Positions 48,917 through 60,685 of a stretch of DNA of 64,000 nucleotides are shown here, in pieces. Positions within the stretch are counted from its first letter, which is position 1. Each line of letters starts with the position of its first letter. Origin of the DNA: Takakia lepidozioides (Eukaryota; Plantae; Bryophyta); contig CM060734.1 in NCBI GenBank assembly GCA_030704615.1, positions 8,432,001 to 8,496,000 on the forward strand, given 5' to 3'. Under the pieces are notes generated by a model. The model did no database searches. It was not told the origin of the DNA and saw only the letters and a program-made list of their open reading frames with translations. A program made the position numbers and the translations under genes.

Positions 48917-51900
48917 ATGGTGAAGCGGAAGGTCTTCGAAGTGACAGTCCCTCTCACTGAGTACGAGAAGTTCCGAGAGCGCCGGATTGCTGCCATAAAG
49001 GAGGTGGAAGCAACGTTCAAGCAGTCGATAGATGGGTGAGTTTAGTTCCTGACTTTGGATACCCACCCACTAAACTTGCGATTTGCCTTATCCTCTAACC
49101 TTCCTACAGCGATCATAAGCTTCATAGCACAAATGGGGGCGAGTAGCTGCGACTTGTACAAACAGAGAGGCAAACAACATGCAGTGAGTGACGATTAGGT
49201 TTGAGGAGGGTGTGTCATTAGGCGGGAGATGTCCGCCGTCATTCGTGGGCAGGCATTACGTCCTGGTAGGGTGCGGCTGTGGTTCAGCGTAGGCTTAAGA
49301 GTATTAGGGTATGTATGCTTACATTTGTTTGTGATTGTTTGAGAGGGAGGTCATGGAGGTGTTTGTGCAGGCTTGCGGGAGCGAATCGCCCTCGCAAGCC
49401 ACGCGCTCCGAAGGAAAAAGGTAGGGATCAAGGTCCTGCAAGGCAAAGTGCCAGACTGAAGACGATGAAGACTACGATTCTGCATGAGGGCTCTTCTGAG
49501 GACGATGAGGACGATCCACTCCTCCCACGCCAGTGCGAGGCGAGTGCGTCGTCGGCGGATGCCACGGCAAGCCGAGGAGAACATGCCCATGCTCATGTCG
49601 CAGGACAAAAACGCCCATCATCTACACTACGAACACCTTCTCCGTCTGTGAGTTTTAGTTCTTCACAATGACCATGATTCTAATTATGTATGTTTTTGGT
49701 AAAATCACGAAGAGATAGGGTATGTCTGTCAAAACAGGGAAGTTGGACAATGCAGGGGTCAGCCAAGGCACAATCACAAATGATTTCCACTAGACAAGTT
49801 GAAGTGCCAAAGGCATGATGTCAGGCCAATGTAGACTTCAGTGTGTTCAAATTCTTTGCCCCATGAAACCAACGTCCTGGTACTAAGCTACAATGGCTAC
49901 TTATAGAGATACTTGGGTTACTTATGCACCCAGAATATCAGTAAAACTTGGAGGGATACTTCTCATGGACCCATCAGGTTTGTCCATTTGAATTCTTGCT
50001 ATGGATTTCAGGAACACCCCATACCTAAGAGGGCTCAAAAATGTACTGGGAGGACATCATTGGGGCCAATCAAATTTGGGAGATTTACTGCCCAAGATCA
50101 TACTGAGTTTTGGGTAATCTTGTCTTTACAAATGATATGTGCTTCCAGTTTGTTTTGCCTGAATTCAAGGATTTGCTGCTTGCTGCCTATATGTATGTGT
50201 AATCACCCACATTGTACTGGGGGAATTTCTTTTCAGGGCAAGCACAAGCGCACTGGATCCACGATCCCTGCTGCTAGCAATGGAGATGGCGCCCACAAGA
50301 ACGCAGGAGGTGGCCCTAACTCTCCCAACGTTGTGGGTTCTGTGCCACCAGTACCCCCACCTTATTATGGTATGCCTCAGTACCCACAGTCTGGCACTCA
50401 GTATGGTCAGGGTCAATATGGTGCTCCTCCATATGGGCAGTATGGCCAGTATCCTCCTCCACCATATTTGCCACCCCCTAATAGCTATGGGGGTGGCAGG
50501 CCACCGGAATATCCTCCTGCTTATGGACAGTATGGCCAGTATGGCCAGTATGGTCCTCGGCCTTCTGGCCAACAACCATGGCCACCAGTCCCTACTTGGC
50601 AGGATCCTGCTTTGAATTCTCCTGAGCGCACGGAGGTCTCTGAAGGAGGGGAGGGTGCCGTTTCAAAGAATGATAGAACCAATGCTTTAAGGAGGGCTAA
50701 TAGCTCAGCCAAAATTGAAGCTGCCAAGGTCAAGGAAGAGAGAATAGCTGCAGGTCTTCCTCCCACGGTGATTTTGACGAACCTCAAAGGAGCCCCGTAT
50801 GGTCAGACCCGGAATGTATGGCACGCTGCCCTTAAAGGACAGGCTTATCGCAAGCTAGATTGTTCCCTTGCCATCAACAACCAACCTGATGAAGTTGTAT
50901 ACAAAATCAGAGATCACCTGGCTAAGCTATTTTCATATACGCCGCACGAGTTAAAAGACTTCCACCTAAAACAAACAATTGGCAGAATAATGAAGAGCCA
51001 GCGTTATGAAGCACACACTGCGTGGTTGGGTGGTAAGGGGAAACCCATTACTGTATCTGACGAGGTATGGAACAAGCTTGTAAGTTACTGGCAGACAGAG
51101 GTGTTCCACAAAGTGTCGGGCAACATGAAGAAGGCAAATGGTGCAATTCTGAATCCTACCAAGACTGGCCGTGGTGGGAAGGCAATGGTGGAAGCACGCT
51201 TGGTAAGTGGCATCATCACGACTCTGTATTTTGTTCCTCATTGAATTGCTATGTGTATATAGTCAGCCCTCACATTGCTTACTGACTTGTGGCATGGGTT
51301 TGTTTGTGGCATGGATTAATTTGTAGGAAACACTATCAGGGTGCCCTCCTACATTATATGAAATTCAAGAGGGTTCAGTGTCACGGTTGTCAGCTAGGAG
51401 TGACAGGCGGGTAAGTGTGTTTTCCACGTTTGCTAGAGTGGTTGCTGCATCATAGGTTGCTAGGGTTTTTTTCACGGCTTTTGGCCTGGGTTTTCTTTCC
51501 AATGGTTGTTCATGCTAGGTTTTTGGGTTTGATTCATACTTGGGCAAGTTTTCATGGATTGGCAGGAGGGAAGTCTCGCATATTCTACAGTAGTTGGCAG
51601 GATGGATGGCTTGGACAAACTGGTGGAATCACAAGGACGTGACATGGCAGAATTAAAATTACAGATGCAGAGTATGATTGAGTACCAGAAAGCCATTGTG
51701 ACCAGATTGGGGATTAATCTACCAGGCGCAGGACCAGTGACATCTACGATGGATACGTCTGCTGTGACAGTATCAAAATGTTTGGAATCCCAATTTCAGA
51801 CGGTAACTGGTGCTCACTCTAAGCCCTTATGTCTTCCTGTCACTGATGATCTTTTGAATTTGACCGAGCAGCAGCAGGATACAGGGAAGGCCAGCTGTGA

Positions 51901-53458
51901 GGTACACGTGGAAATTCAGCCCTTGCCACGTACAAAGGCAGTAGCAGTCCAGGGGGCAATGGTGACAGAGCGGCCGGGCACACCGGATTCTGGTATGCAG
52001 GTATGTGGGAGTTTAGATGGGGAGGAAGATGCAGACGGGGACAAAACAAACAAGCAGGTTGCTTTAATTCTCCTGCTCACATGTTGAAGCCAAATGTCAG
52101 TTTACTTCCTGGACCAACGAGGAAGCATTTACTAATTCTGGACTTAAATGGTCTGTTATGTGAATCTTTTCATTCTGCTAATGGGCCTGCATCCCTTCCC
52201 AAAGGTTTTGTGGGGAAGATGTGTGGCAAGAAGATGGTAGTTTTGAGACCACGCTGTTATGACTTTTTGCAAAAGTGTTTTGAACACTTTGAGGTGGCGG
52301 TGTGGTCTTGTTGCCAAGCTCGCAACTTCTTCCCAATGGTGGACTATATTTTTGCAGCCCACACTAACCTGGTTTTCCAGTGGGATGCCCTTCACTGTGA
52401 CGAGGATCCAGTCCTCCCATGCCGTAAGGGGTCTGATTCAAAGCCATTATATTTCAAGAACTTGTCTACAGTGTGGGCAGACTGGCCAGAATGGACTTAT
52501 GAGGACACTGTTCTTGTTGACGACACACCAAGAAAGGCGGCAAACAATCCTCCCTTCAGTGGGATTTTTCCAGAGCCATGGAAGGTGCAACCAGATTCAC
52601 CAACTGATGAGTATCTAACAGAGGTGTTGTGGCCTTTCTTGTGGAAGGCATCGAAAGCTGCCAGTATTCCCAAGTTTTTGGAGTCTCAGCCTGTTTTCGG
52701 ACAACAACCATACAACACTGCTACTGTGAAGGTACAAACATTCTGACAGTGCTCCAGAGGCTACATTTTTGTGGGTTCATTCATTGCATTGCTTTCCTGG
52801 ATGCTTCTCCTCGGTTGCTTGATTAATGCTAGGTTTTCTTTGCAGCTTTTCATGTTGGTTTTTTTTGTTTGATTCATACTTGGATTTTGTTTCTATTCAC
52901 TATTCCTGTTTGCTCATTGCTTTCCGGGTTGATCTCTGGTCTGTGACACAGGAACTTGTGACAAACAAAGGTGATATTGTCGACAAGCCGGTACAGACGA
53001 GGGGCAAGAGTGTCGACCCGGCGAGTAGCCCCCCAAAAGAGGTCTCACCACCACTGGAGACTGCAAATGGAGTAAGTCCAAGCCGTTGTCTTGTCTGTTA
53101 TATTTTTTCCAACCTTGGGGCTCTCTTTAACTCGCAAATGTTGAGTGTCCTAGTCGTGTGTATGTCATGGGTTTTCACATCGTGTTCTTTTTTGTGTGGA
53201 GTTGGGATCACAGTTCAGGGTGGGTGACGAGGTTCGGCTATTGGATGTGAACTCCAAACGCAAGAAATGTGGAGTAGGGCTGATTGTTGCTCTTCAAGGT
53301 GCTGTGGTGGGTTACGGGTACCCTGTTGTGCCCCTTGATTATGCCTGTGTGTACATCAAAGAGGCATGTGTCAGTAACACCCATCTACCATATGTGAATG
53401 GTGTTAGGAAACAGACCGAGTTGGGGCAGGTGGTTGGCCAGACAACACTTTGGAGTCT
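48917..53458 (+). pseudogene. CACTA TnpA-like multi-exon gene (continues 60427-60468 after the LTR insertion)
   Basis: Exon 48917-49035 (LTEYEKFRERRIAA); exon from 49371; exon 50237-51202 (P/Y/G/Q-rich, then VWNKLVSYW..KVSGNMKKAN..TGRGG, Ptta-like); FCP1 region; last exon VRLLD..GVGLI..VYIKEA..LPY..LGQVVGQTTLWS|LKLLKLMELRKG* (Tnp1/En-Spm-like). Confidence 0.7.
52081..52731 (+). CDS. FCP1/NIF-family HAD phosphatase-like domain within the CACTA TnpA-like gene
   Basis: KHLLILDLNGLL, VLRPRCYDFLQKCFEHFEVAVWS, KPLYFKNLSTVW and TVLVDDTPRKAANNPP correspond to HAD motifs I-IV of the DLNGLL subgroup; uninterrupted frame; donor AAG|GTACAA. Confidence 0.88.
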
Positions 53459-54181
53459 TGTCGCGGCCCTTTGCCTTGAGGGCAGGGGGTCGGGACACAT
53501 GAGGGGCTGCCCCTGTGGTGGGGGCAGCGGCAGCGATAGGTATGGGGGGCTGAAGCACCCTTGAGTGCCCAAGGCACTCAAGGAGGCGGAGGCGCTCACT
53601 AGGTGGAGCCCCGCACACCGGGTTGCGGTGGAGGTGGCTCCACAAGGGGTGGTGGTAGCTTAGTGGGACTTAGTGGGGGTGGCATAGGACTCACCATGGG
53701 GAGGAGACCTCGAGGTGGGAGTCGTGGGGAGTCTTGGGACTCATCACGGTCCATTGGGGCCGCGGTGAGTGGGCCAAGACTCACCGCGACTCACCACCGG
53801 GAGTCGAGGGTTTTCGTGGTGGTTCGCCATAAAATGGCATGGCTGGTTATGAAACCCCCGCGGACAGCTACAGAAGTATATATAGGGAGTAGTAACCCCG
53901 AGAACGGTGCAAGCCCGTTGGTGACCAAAAACTAGTGAGTAAGCGAGCGAGCCGGAAAGCGACCAAAGAGTGGGGAGCTGTTCCGGACTGCCATCTACCA
54001 AAGGGAATTCTCCTAGTCCCAAATAGGTGGAGGGTTTAGAGGGAAGCGGAAGGGGACCGTTATGTCCCGGTGAGCAGCCGAAACTCCAAGTTGGCCTGGG
54101 GGCCAGGTTGGGAGTCAGGCGCGCGCATCAAAGCGAGTAACTATGACTTGAAGGGAGTTTACCGAACTGAGGTGTGCGACA
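53459..54181 (+). repeat. 5' LTR
   Basis: TGTCGC...GCGACA termini; TATATATAG at about 53877. Confidence 0.95.
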
Positions 54182-54183
54182 CT

Positions 54184-54195
54184 TGGTATCAGAGC
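54184..54195 (+). promoter_or_regulatory. Primer-binding site (tRNA-iMet)
   Basis: TGGTATCAGAGC, 2 nt after the LTR. Confidence 0.95.
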
Positions 54196-54236
54196 TTAGA
54201 GTTCAGTACGCGATCGTCCTTGGGATTGGCCTCATC

Positions 54237-55080
54237 ATGGGGTCGGGCAAGCCGAAGCGAAAGCGGAACGGCCCAAAAGATGATGATCCGGTGAGCCCGA
54301 TGGGGGCGACGTGTCACCGAGGCGGCCGTTTGAGGAAGCGATTAATGTTTCCGAAAACGAGGCCGCTCAGGAGCGGGAGGAATCCGAGGAGTCGGAGCCC
54401 GAGGAATCTTTGAGAGCTCCGACAAACCAAGAGATGCCTCCCATGCCGGCAGCCTTTTGGGAAGGGTTGTTGGCGCAGTTTGGCGGGACGTTGAAAGACG
54501 TGTTGAAGGCGGCTAATGCCACTTCCACCAAGGCAAAGTTTAAGGTGAAGCCTAAGGAACCCGGCACCTTCGAGGGCGTTCGAAACCGGAAGGCACTCAA
54601 CACCTGGCTCCTGGAGCTAGAGCAGTACTTCCGGGCGGCCAAGTTGAGTGACGAGGATCGGGTGGAAGTGGCTCCCACCTATTTGAGGGGCTATGCTCAA
54701 CAATGGTGGCAGAAACGCCTTCACGACCGAGGCCCAAGCCCGGAAACCTTGAACTGGAGTGAGTTCAAGGAATTGATGAAGAGACAGTTTGTGCCCCTCA
54801 ACGCATCCTGGCTTGCCCGGGACAAGATGAGGAATTTGAAGCAAACAGATGACATTCGGGGGTATGTCCAGGCTTTCAATGTGCTGTTGCTCGAAGTCGC
54901 GGACATGGCAGAACCAGAAATGGTCTTCAACTTTGTGGCGGGACTGGCCCCATGGGCTAGGCGGAAGTTGGAGGAGAAGCCACCCAAGACTTTGAACGAG
55001 GCAATTGAGAGAGCTGAATGTTTCTCGGATGTCCCTAGGGGTGAGAGACAAGGCCGTACGGAGCTGAACCACAAGAAACC
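54237..55080 (+). pseudogene. gag: gag (capsid), with frameshifts near 54310 and 55077
   Basis: MGSGKPKRK start; retrotransposon gag core WLLELEQYF..LRGYAQQWW..LKQTDDIRGYVQAF. Confidence 0.85.
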
Positions 55081-58000
55081 CGGCGGGAAGGTGACTCCTC
55101 CCGACCGGAAAAGAAGTGGGATAGGCCACGCGGCGAAAATGGCACGTGGAAATCGAAGGGAGGTCCTTCACACGTCAAGGCGGCACCCGGTGCTTCGAAA
55201 GGAAAAGCGGGTGGAGCGACTTATGGCGGACAGAAGGCGACCTTTGATGGAGTGTGTTTCAATTGCGGGGAGCCCGGGCACATGGCCAAGAAGTGCACGA
55301 AGCCCCGACAATTGAACATGACTCGGGCGACCACGGAGCTGTCGGAAGATACCATCAGTCGCTTGGTGGAAGCGGTGGTCGCCAGGACTTGCAAGGTAGG
55401 CAAATTTTCTTGTGAGTTGTATCAGGAAACTGGCGCCTTACGAAAAGGGAGTCAGTTATTGTTCGTGGATGGGATAATATCCGGAACTAATGTGTCGTTG
55501 TTGGTGGACACAGGAGCGTCGCACTCCTTCATGACGCCGGCGGCGGCGCGAAAGTTGGGACTCCCGACAAGTGACGTGGGGGCCTCTATTGAGGTGCGCT
55601 CTGCCAAAGGAGAACCTCAGTTGGCGACAAGGTTGGCGTTTGATGTTCCTCTTCAACTGGGGAGTTGGGAGGGACGTGAGAACTTCACTATCTGCGAGAT
55701 CGATGGAGTGGATCTCATTTTGGGAATGACCTTTTTGAGCAAATCCGGAGCGGTCATAGATGGCCGCAAGAGAGTAGTCACGCTGCCATGTGGGAATGGT
55801 GGCGAGGTTTTACGAGTGTCGGAAACGCCCAAATCCGTGGGAGGGCGAATAAACCTTCTATCAGCAAAGGAGTGGGCCGTGGAGGAGACACACGAGTCCC
55901 AGTTTTTGCTTTACATTAGAGAAGTGAAAGGAGAAGGCGATGGGGAGCCGAGCCCAGATTGGATCAAGGGGATTTTGGAGAAATACCAGGATGTGATGCC
56001 GGAGGATTTACCAAGCGGCTTGCCACCGCGAAGAGGAGTTGACCACAAAATTGAGGTGATACCGGGATCGGAACCGCCTGCCAAGGCGCCCTACCGGTTG
56101 AGCCACAAAGAGTTGGTCGAGCTGAAGACTCAGCTCAAAGATCTAATGTCAAAGGGGTACATCCGGCCGAGTAAGTCACCTTACGGAGCCCCGGTGCTAT
56201 TTGCAGACAAGAAGGATGGGACGCTGCGGATGTGTGTCGATTACAGGGCTCTGAATAAGGTGACTATCAAAAACCGGTACCCTTTGCCAAGGATCGACGA
56301 CCTCTTCGATCGGTTGGCAGGAGCGAAGTATTTCAGCCGGATCGACTTGCGCTCCGGCTATCACCAAATTCGGGTGGCGGAAGGAGATGAGGAGAAGACC
56401 GCGTGCAGGACAAGGTATGGTTCATATGAGTTCTTGGTGATGCCTTTTGGGCTCACCAATGCACCAGCGACATTTAGCACGCTGATGAACAGCCTTTTCC
56501 AGGAGTGGTTGGATGACTTTGTGATCGTGTACATCGACGACATCTTGGTGTACTCGAAAACAAAGGAGGAGCACCTGGAGCACCTCAAAAGGGTGTTCCA
56601 AAAATTGCGAGAAGGGAAGCTGTATGCCAAAGCTTCAAAGTGCGAATTCGGGGTCACAAAAGTGGAGTTCTTGGGGCACGTGATTACACAGGATGGGATC
56701 AAAATGGATGACAGAAAGGTGAGGGCGATCTTGGACTGGGAGCCTCCGACTTCGGTCCCGGGAGTGCGATCCTTCCTAGGACTCGCCTCCTATTACCGGA
56801 AGTATGTGAGAAATTTCGCCAAGATCGCGGGGCCGCTGTCGGACCTTCTGTGTAAATCCAAAGTCTGGGTATGGAACACATTTTGTGGCCAAGCTTTTGC
56901 TGAATTGAAGCAGCGGATGACGGAAGCTCCAGTCTTAAAAATCCCGGAGTTCGATCGTCCGTTTGAGATTCATACAGATGCATCGGACTTCGCAATTGGG
57001 GGTGTACTTATGCAAGATGGACGTCCAGTGGCTTACGAAAGTAAGAAACTGAATGAAGTGGAGCGACGGTGGCCGACGCACGAAAAAGAGATGAAGGCGG
57101 TGGTACATTGCCTTGAACTCTGGCGCCACTATGTTGGTTCCAACCCAGTGAAGGTGTTCACGGACAATGTCACGGTGAAGTATTTTGCCACGCAGCCCAA
57201 GTTATCCCCAAAACAACTTAGGTGGCAAGATACTTTGGCAGTGTTCGACGTGGATATCCAGTACAAACCGGGACGGGACAATGTGGTGGCCGATGCTTTA
57301 AGTAGAAAGCAGCAGCTCTTGTTGGTGTACAAGGGCGAGACGGCGCTCCAAAGGAAGATCCGGAAGGCTTGCCGGAAGGATGAGCTGGCAAAGTGCGTGA
57401 TGCAGAACTTGAGAATGGGGGTTAAATCGCAGTTCCACTTGCAAAACGGACTGCTCCGGTATAAGCAAAAACGTCTCTATGTGCCAAAGGGAGGGATCAG
57501 GGATAGTCTCTTGAGAGAATGCCATGATAGCCCGCTTGCGGGCCACGGTGGAGCCAAGCGCACTGCGGCACTCTTGAAGAAAGAGTATTTCTGGCCCAAA
57601 CTGAGGGAGGAGGCAGAGGAGTATGTAAAGACATGCACCACATGCCAACAAAACCGGAGCGAGTATAAAAAGCAAGCGGGGCTGTTACAACCCTTGCCGA
57701 TTCCAGAGGGGACTTGGGAAAGCGTCTCGATGGATTTCATGACTGCTATGCCGCTGTCAAAAGGATTCGATGCAATCATGGTGGTGGTAGATAGGTTCAG
57801 TAAAATGGCCCATTTCATCCCCACCAAGGAGACGGCAACTGCGCAGGAGACAGGGCGACTTTACTTCACCCACGTCTTAAAGCATCATGGAGTCCCGAAG
57901 GATATTGTCTCGGACCGCGACCCAAAGTTTACGAGTAAATTCTGGAGAGCACTTTGGAAGAAGATGGGGACGAGGCTGAAGATGAGCACCGCCTTCCGAC

Positions 58001-58797
58001 CTACGACGGACGGCCAAACGGAAAGAGTGAATTCCGTAGTGAAGCAATTCTTGCGGAATTACGTGTCGGCAGACCAATCAGACTGGATGGAACACTTAGA
58101 CGCGGCAGAGTTCTGTTATAATAACACAGAACACTCCGCGACGGGAGTTTCCCCTTTTGTGTTGGTCTATGGAAAAGCACCTCTGGTGCCGACAAGTTGG
58201 GCCGCCCAGGACGTTGAGGAACCAGCAGTAGCGGCGGTACTGGAAGAACGCGAGCGTTTGTTGAAGCTCGCAAAGTACAACATTGCCAAAGCTAGGAAAC
58301 GGTATGAAAGGCAGGCGAATCGGAAGCGGAGGGAAGTGAAGTTTGAGGCAGGCACAGAGGTCTGGTTGAACATCAAGAATTTTCGACTACCTCCGGAAAT
58401 GAGTCCGAAGTTCGTACCTCCGTATGCGGGTCCCTTTCGCATTCGGAGGGTTATGAATGAGGATGTGTATGAATTGGAGCTGCCAGCAAACAGCAAGGTG
58501 CACCCAATATTCCATGTCTCCCTTTTGAAGCCTTACTTCAAAGATGAAGCACGTCCGAATCGTCAGCAAGTGTTGCGTCCGCCACCTATGCTGTTGGATC
58601 ATGAAAATGAACCCGAGTACGAGGTGGAGGCAATACTTAAGTCGAGGAGGTTCAAGAACCGAGAAACGGAGTATCTCGTCAAATGGAAGGGCTATCATCT
58701 TGTGGAGGCATCTTGGGTGCGTGCCTCAGAAATGGGAAACGCATCCGAGGCAGTTGCAGCGTTCGAAGGGCGACCTCAAAAGCGGAAGAAGCGTTGA
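55081..58797 (+). CDS. pol: Zn knuckle, protease, RT, RNase H, integrase, chromodomain polyprotein
   Basis: [14 protein letters not shown]; LVDTGAS; YIDD; TDASD; HHCC and D,D-E integrase; GPF motif; chromodomain [18 protein letters not shown]; open to TGA at 58797. Confidence 0.96.
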   Translation, partial: RREGDSSRPEKKWDRPRGENGTWKSKGGPSHVKAAPGASKGKAGGATYGGQKATFDGVCFNCGEPGHMAKKCTKPRQLNMTRATTELSEDTISRLVEAVVARTCKVGKFSCELYQETGALRKGSQLLFVDGIISGTNVSLLVDTGASHSFMTPAAARKLGLPTSDVGASIEVRSAKGEPQLATRLAFDVPLQLGSWEGRENFTICEIDGVDLILGMTFLSKSGAVIDGRKRVVTLPCGNGGEVLRVSETPKSVGGRINLLSAKEWAVEETHESQFLLYIREVKGEGDGEPSPDWIKGILEKYQDVMPEDLPSGLPPRRGVDHKIEVIPGSEPPAKAPYRLSHKELVELKTQLKDLMSKGYIRPSKSPYGAPVLFADKKDGTLRMCVDYRALNKVTIKNRYPLPRIDDLFDRLAGAKYFSRIDLRSGYHQIRVAEGDEEKTACRTRYGSYEFLVMPFGLTNAPATFSTLMNSLFQEWLDDFVIVYIDDILVYSKTKEEHLEHLKRVFQKLREGKLYAKASKCEFGVTKVEFLGHVITQDGIKMDDRKVRAILDWEPPTSVPGVRSFLGLASYYRKYVRNFAKIAGPLSDLLCKSKVWVWNTFCGQAFAELKQRMTEAPVLKIPEFDRPFEIHTDASDFAIGGVLMQDGRPVAYESKKLNEVERRWPTHEKEMKAVVHCLELWRHYVGSNPVKVFTDNVTVKYFATQPKLSPKQLRWQDTLAVFDVDIQYKPGRDNVVADALSRKQQLLLVYKGETALQRKIRKACRKDELAKCVMQNLRMGVKSQFHLQNGLLRYKQKRLYVPKGGIRDSLLRECHDSPLAGHGGAKRTAALLKKEYFWPKLREEAEEYVKTCTTCQQNRSEYKKQAGLLQPLPIPEGTWESVSMDFMTAMPLSKGFDAIMVVVDRFSKMAHFIPTKETATAQETGRLYFTHVLKHHGVPKDIVSDRDPKFTSKFWRALWKKMGTRLKMSTAFRPTTDGQTERVNSVVKQFLRNYVSADQSDWMEHLDAAEFCYNNTEHSATGVSPFVLVYGKAPLVPTSWAAQDVEEPAVAAVLEERERLLKLAKYNIAKARKRYERQANRKRREVKFEAGTEVWLNIKNFRLPPEMSPKFVPPYAGPFRIRRVMNEDVYELELPANSKVHPIFHVSLLKPYFKDEARPNRQQVLRPPPMLLDHENEPEYEVEAILKSRRFKNRETEYLVKWKGYHLVEASWVRASEMGNASEAVAAFEGRPQKRKKR

Positions 58798-59703
58798 TGG
58801 GGACATCAACCTTGGAGCGTGGGGGAGGAAATGCATGCTTAGCCCGGTTTAGCTAGCTCAGGAATCCGATTGCAAAAACTTGTATTGTACAAAAATTTGT
58901 GATAAAGGAAATGGGTTCCAAATATTGTGCGTCCTATTGTGTTTGGAATGGTGATGCATGGTGTGGTTGGCTGGTGTGTAGAATGCATGCTAGCTTACAA
59001 AAGTGGGAGAGGTAAATTGGGTTAATCGTGTGTTTGCGCAGTGCCGAAATCGGGTGACTCCCATCCAAGGGGCAAGGAAACTTGCGCCTTATTTGGGAGT
59101 TCAAGTGCTAGTGCGCACCTGGCGCGTGCGCGTACTATAACTGCGCTACCGAGGGGGTTGCCTTGTAGTGCGGGCTAACGCGGAAGCTACGTGCTTCCGT
59201 TCACGTACTATAATCGTGTAGCCTCGGGACGAAGTCGTAGTGCGGCTTCGGCGTGTTCCCGTACCTCAGGCCAGCATTCCAAGGCGGACCCAATTGTAGT
59301 GATTGGGGCGCACGGTTGGTTCAAGGTTATCTTCCTAGTCAAAGAGGGTTCCAGGTGAACCCTTGCTCAAGGTGATGCCAAAAGCGGCATCATGAGCGAT
59401 CGCAAGCAATGTTGTTGCAGTAAGGCGATTCGATCCTCGGGGAGGATCGTTCCTTGGCCTTGAAGTAGGCCAAGAAGAGTGCACTGGGGGAGCTGGAGAG
59501 GCTCCACCCTTGGCCGGGACTTGGAGGAAGTCGGCCGAACTAGCTAGTGGAGAGTGGAGTCAAGTGTGGGGTTTGGTTCTTTGCCATGGGACGCCATGGT
59601 ACGGAAACAAACTCCTTGATGTGGGACGCCACAACTTGGACGTTCGTTTCTACAAAATGGACAAAGTCGATGAGGACATCGACTCCCTGTTGGTAGGGGT
59701 GTG

Positions 59704-60426
59704 TGTCGCGGCCCTTTGCCTTGAGGGCAGGGGGTCGGGACACATGAGGGGCTGCCCCTGTGGTGGGGGCAGCGGCAGCGATAGGTATGGGGGGCTGAAG
59801 CACCCTTGAGTGCCCAAGGCACTCAAGGAGGCGGAGGCGCTCACTAGGTGGAGCCCCGCACACCGGGTTGCGGTGGAGGTGGCTCCACAAGGGGTGGTGG
59901 TAGCTTAGTGGGACTTAGTGGGGGTGGCATAGGACTCACCATGGGGAGGAGACCTCGAGGTGGGAGTCGTGGGGAGTCTTGGGACTCATCACGGTCCATT
60001 GGGGCCGCGGTGAGTGGGCCAAGACTCACCGCGACTCACCACCGGGAGTCGAGGGTTTTCGTGGTGGTTCGCCATAAAATGGCATGGCTGGTTATGAAAC
60101 CCCCGCGGACAGCTACAGAAGTATATATAGGGAGTAGTAACCCCGAGAACGGTGCAAGCCCGTTGGTGACCAAAAACTAGTGAGTAAGCGAGCGAGCCGG
60201 AAAGCGACCAAAGAGTGGGGAGCTGTTCCGGACTGCCATCTACCAAAGGGAATTCTCCTAGTCCCAAATAGGTGGAGGGTTTAGAGGGATGCGGAAGGGG
60301 ACCGTTATGTCCCGGTGAGCAGCCGAAACTCCAAGTTGGCCTGGGGGCCAGGTTGGGAGTCAGGCGCGCGCATCAAAGCGAGTAATTATGACTTGAAGGG
60401 AGTTTACCGAACTGAGGTGTGCGTCA
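59704..60426 (+). repeat. 3' LTR
   Basis: Copy of the 5' LTR following GGTAGGGGTGTG; ends GCGTCA. Confidence 0.95.
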
Positions 60427-60685
60427 AGTCTAAAGTTACTGAAACTTATGGAGCTGCGGAAGGGATAGTCAATATTGCACTGTTTAACAGAGTTCTTGAT
60501 TCTAATAGCACTAGAACATACTAGCTACAACAATTCAGCCCATGTGTGGGCTTGCTTGTTTATAGGGCTTGTATTGCCCTGTAGTTGACTATTTACATTC
60601 TCCTTGTGGTTGATAGTATGCAGGAGGGATCCATTCTGTTTTCATGTTGGAATTTCACCATGTAATGAAGATTTTAAATCATTCT

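Larger units (their letters stand above)
53459..60426 (+). mobile_element. Structurally complete young chromovirus (Ty3/gypsy) LTR retrotransposon, 6968 bp
   Basis: 5-bp TSD AGTCT (53454-53458 / 60427-60431); two 723-bp LTRs with only about 3 differences seen; PBS, gag-pol, chromodomain and PPT present. Confidence 0.97.
42003..60685. mobile_element. Large CACTA (En/Spm) element; left end present, right end not seen
   Basis: Starts CACTACAAGA at 42003 with ATGACTAC-type subterminal repeats to about 42330; contains TnpD and TnpA-like genes; interrupted by the chromovirus and ends against MULE copy 2. Confidence 0.85.

Noticed and set aside
53603-53935. 110-aa G/R-rich ORF repeated three times (23872, 53603, 59848)
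   Set aside because: It is simply inside the GC-rich LTR copies; no evidence of coding function.
55070-55085. Programmed -1 gag/pol ribosomal frameshift
   Set aside because: No in-phase slippery heptamer; the sister copy at about 24805 is in frame across this point.
59162-59170. CTTGTAGTG as the right end of the CACTA element
   Set aside because: It lies inside the chromovirus 3' region, with no subterminal repeats and no TGA TSD.
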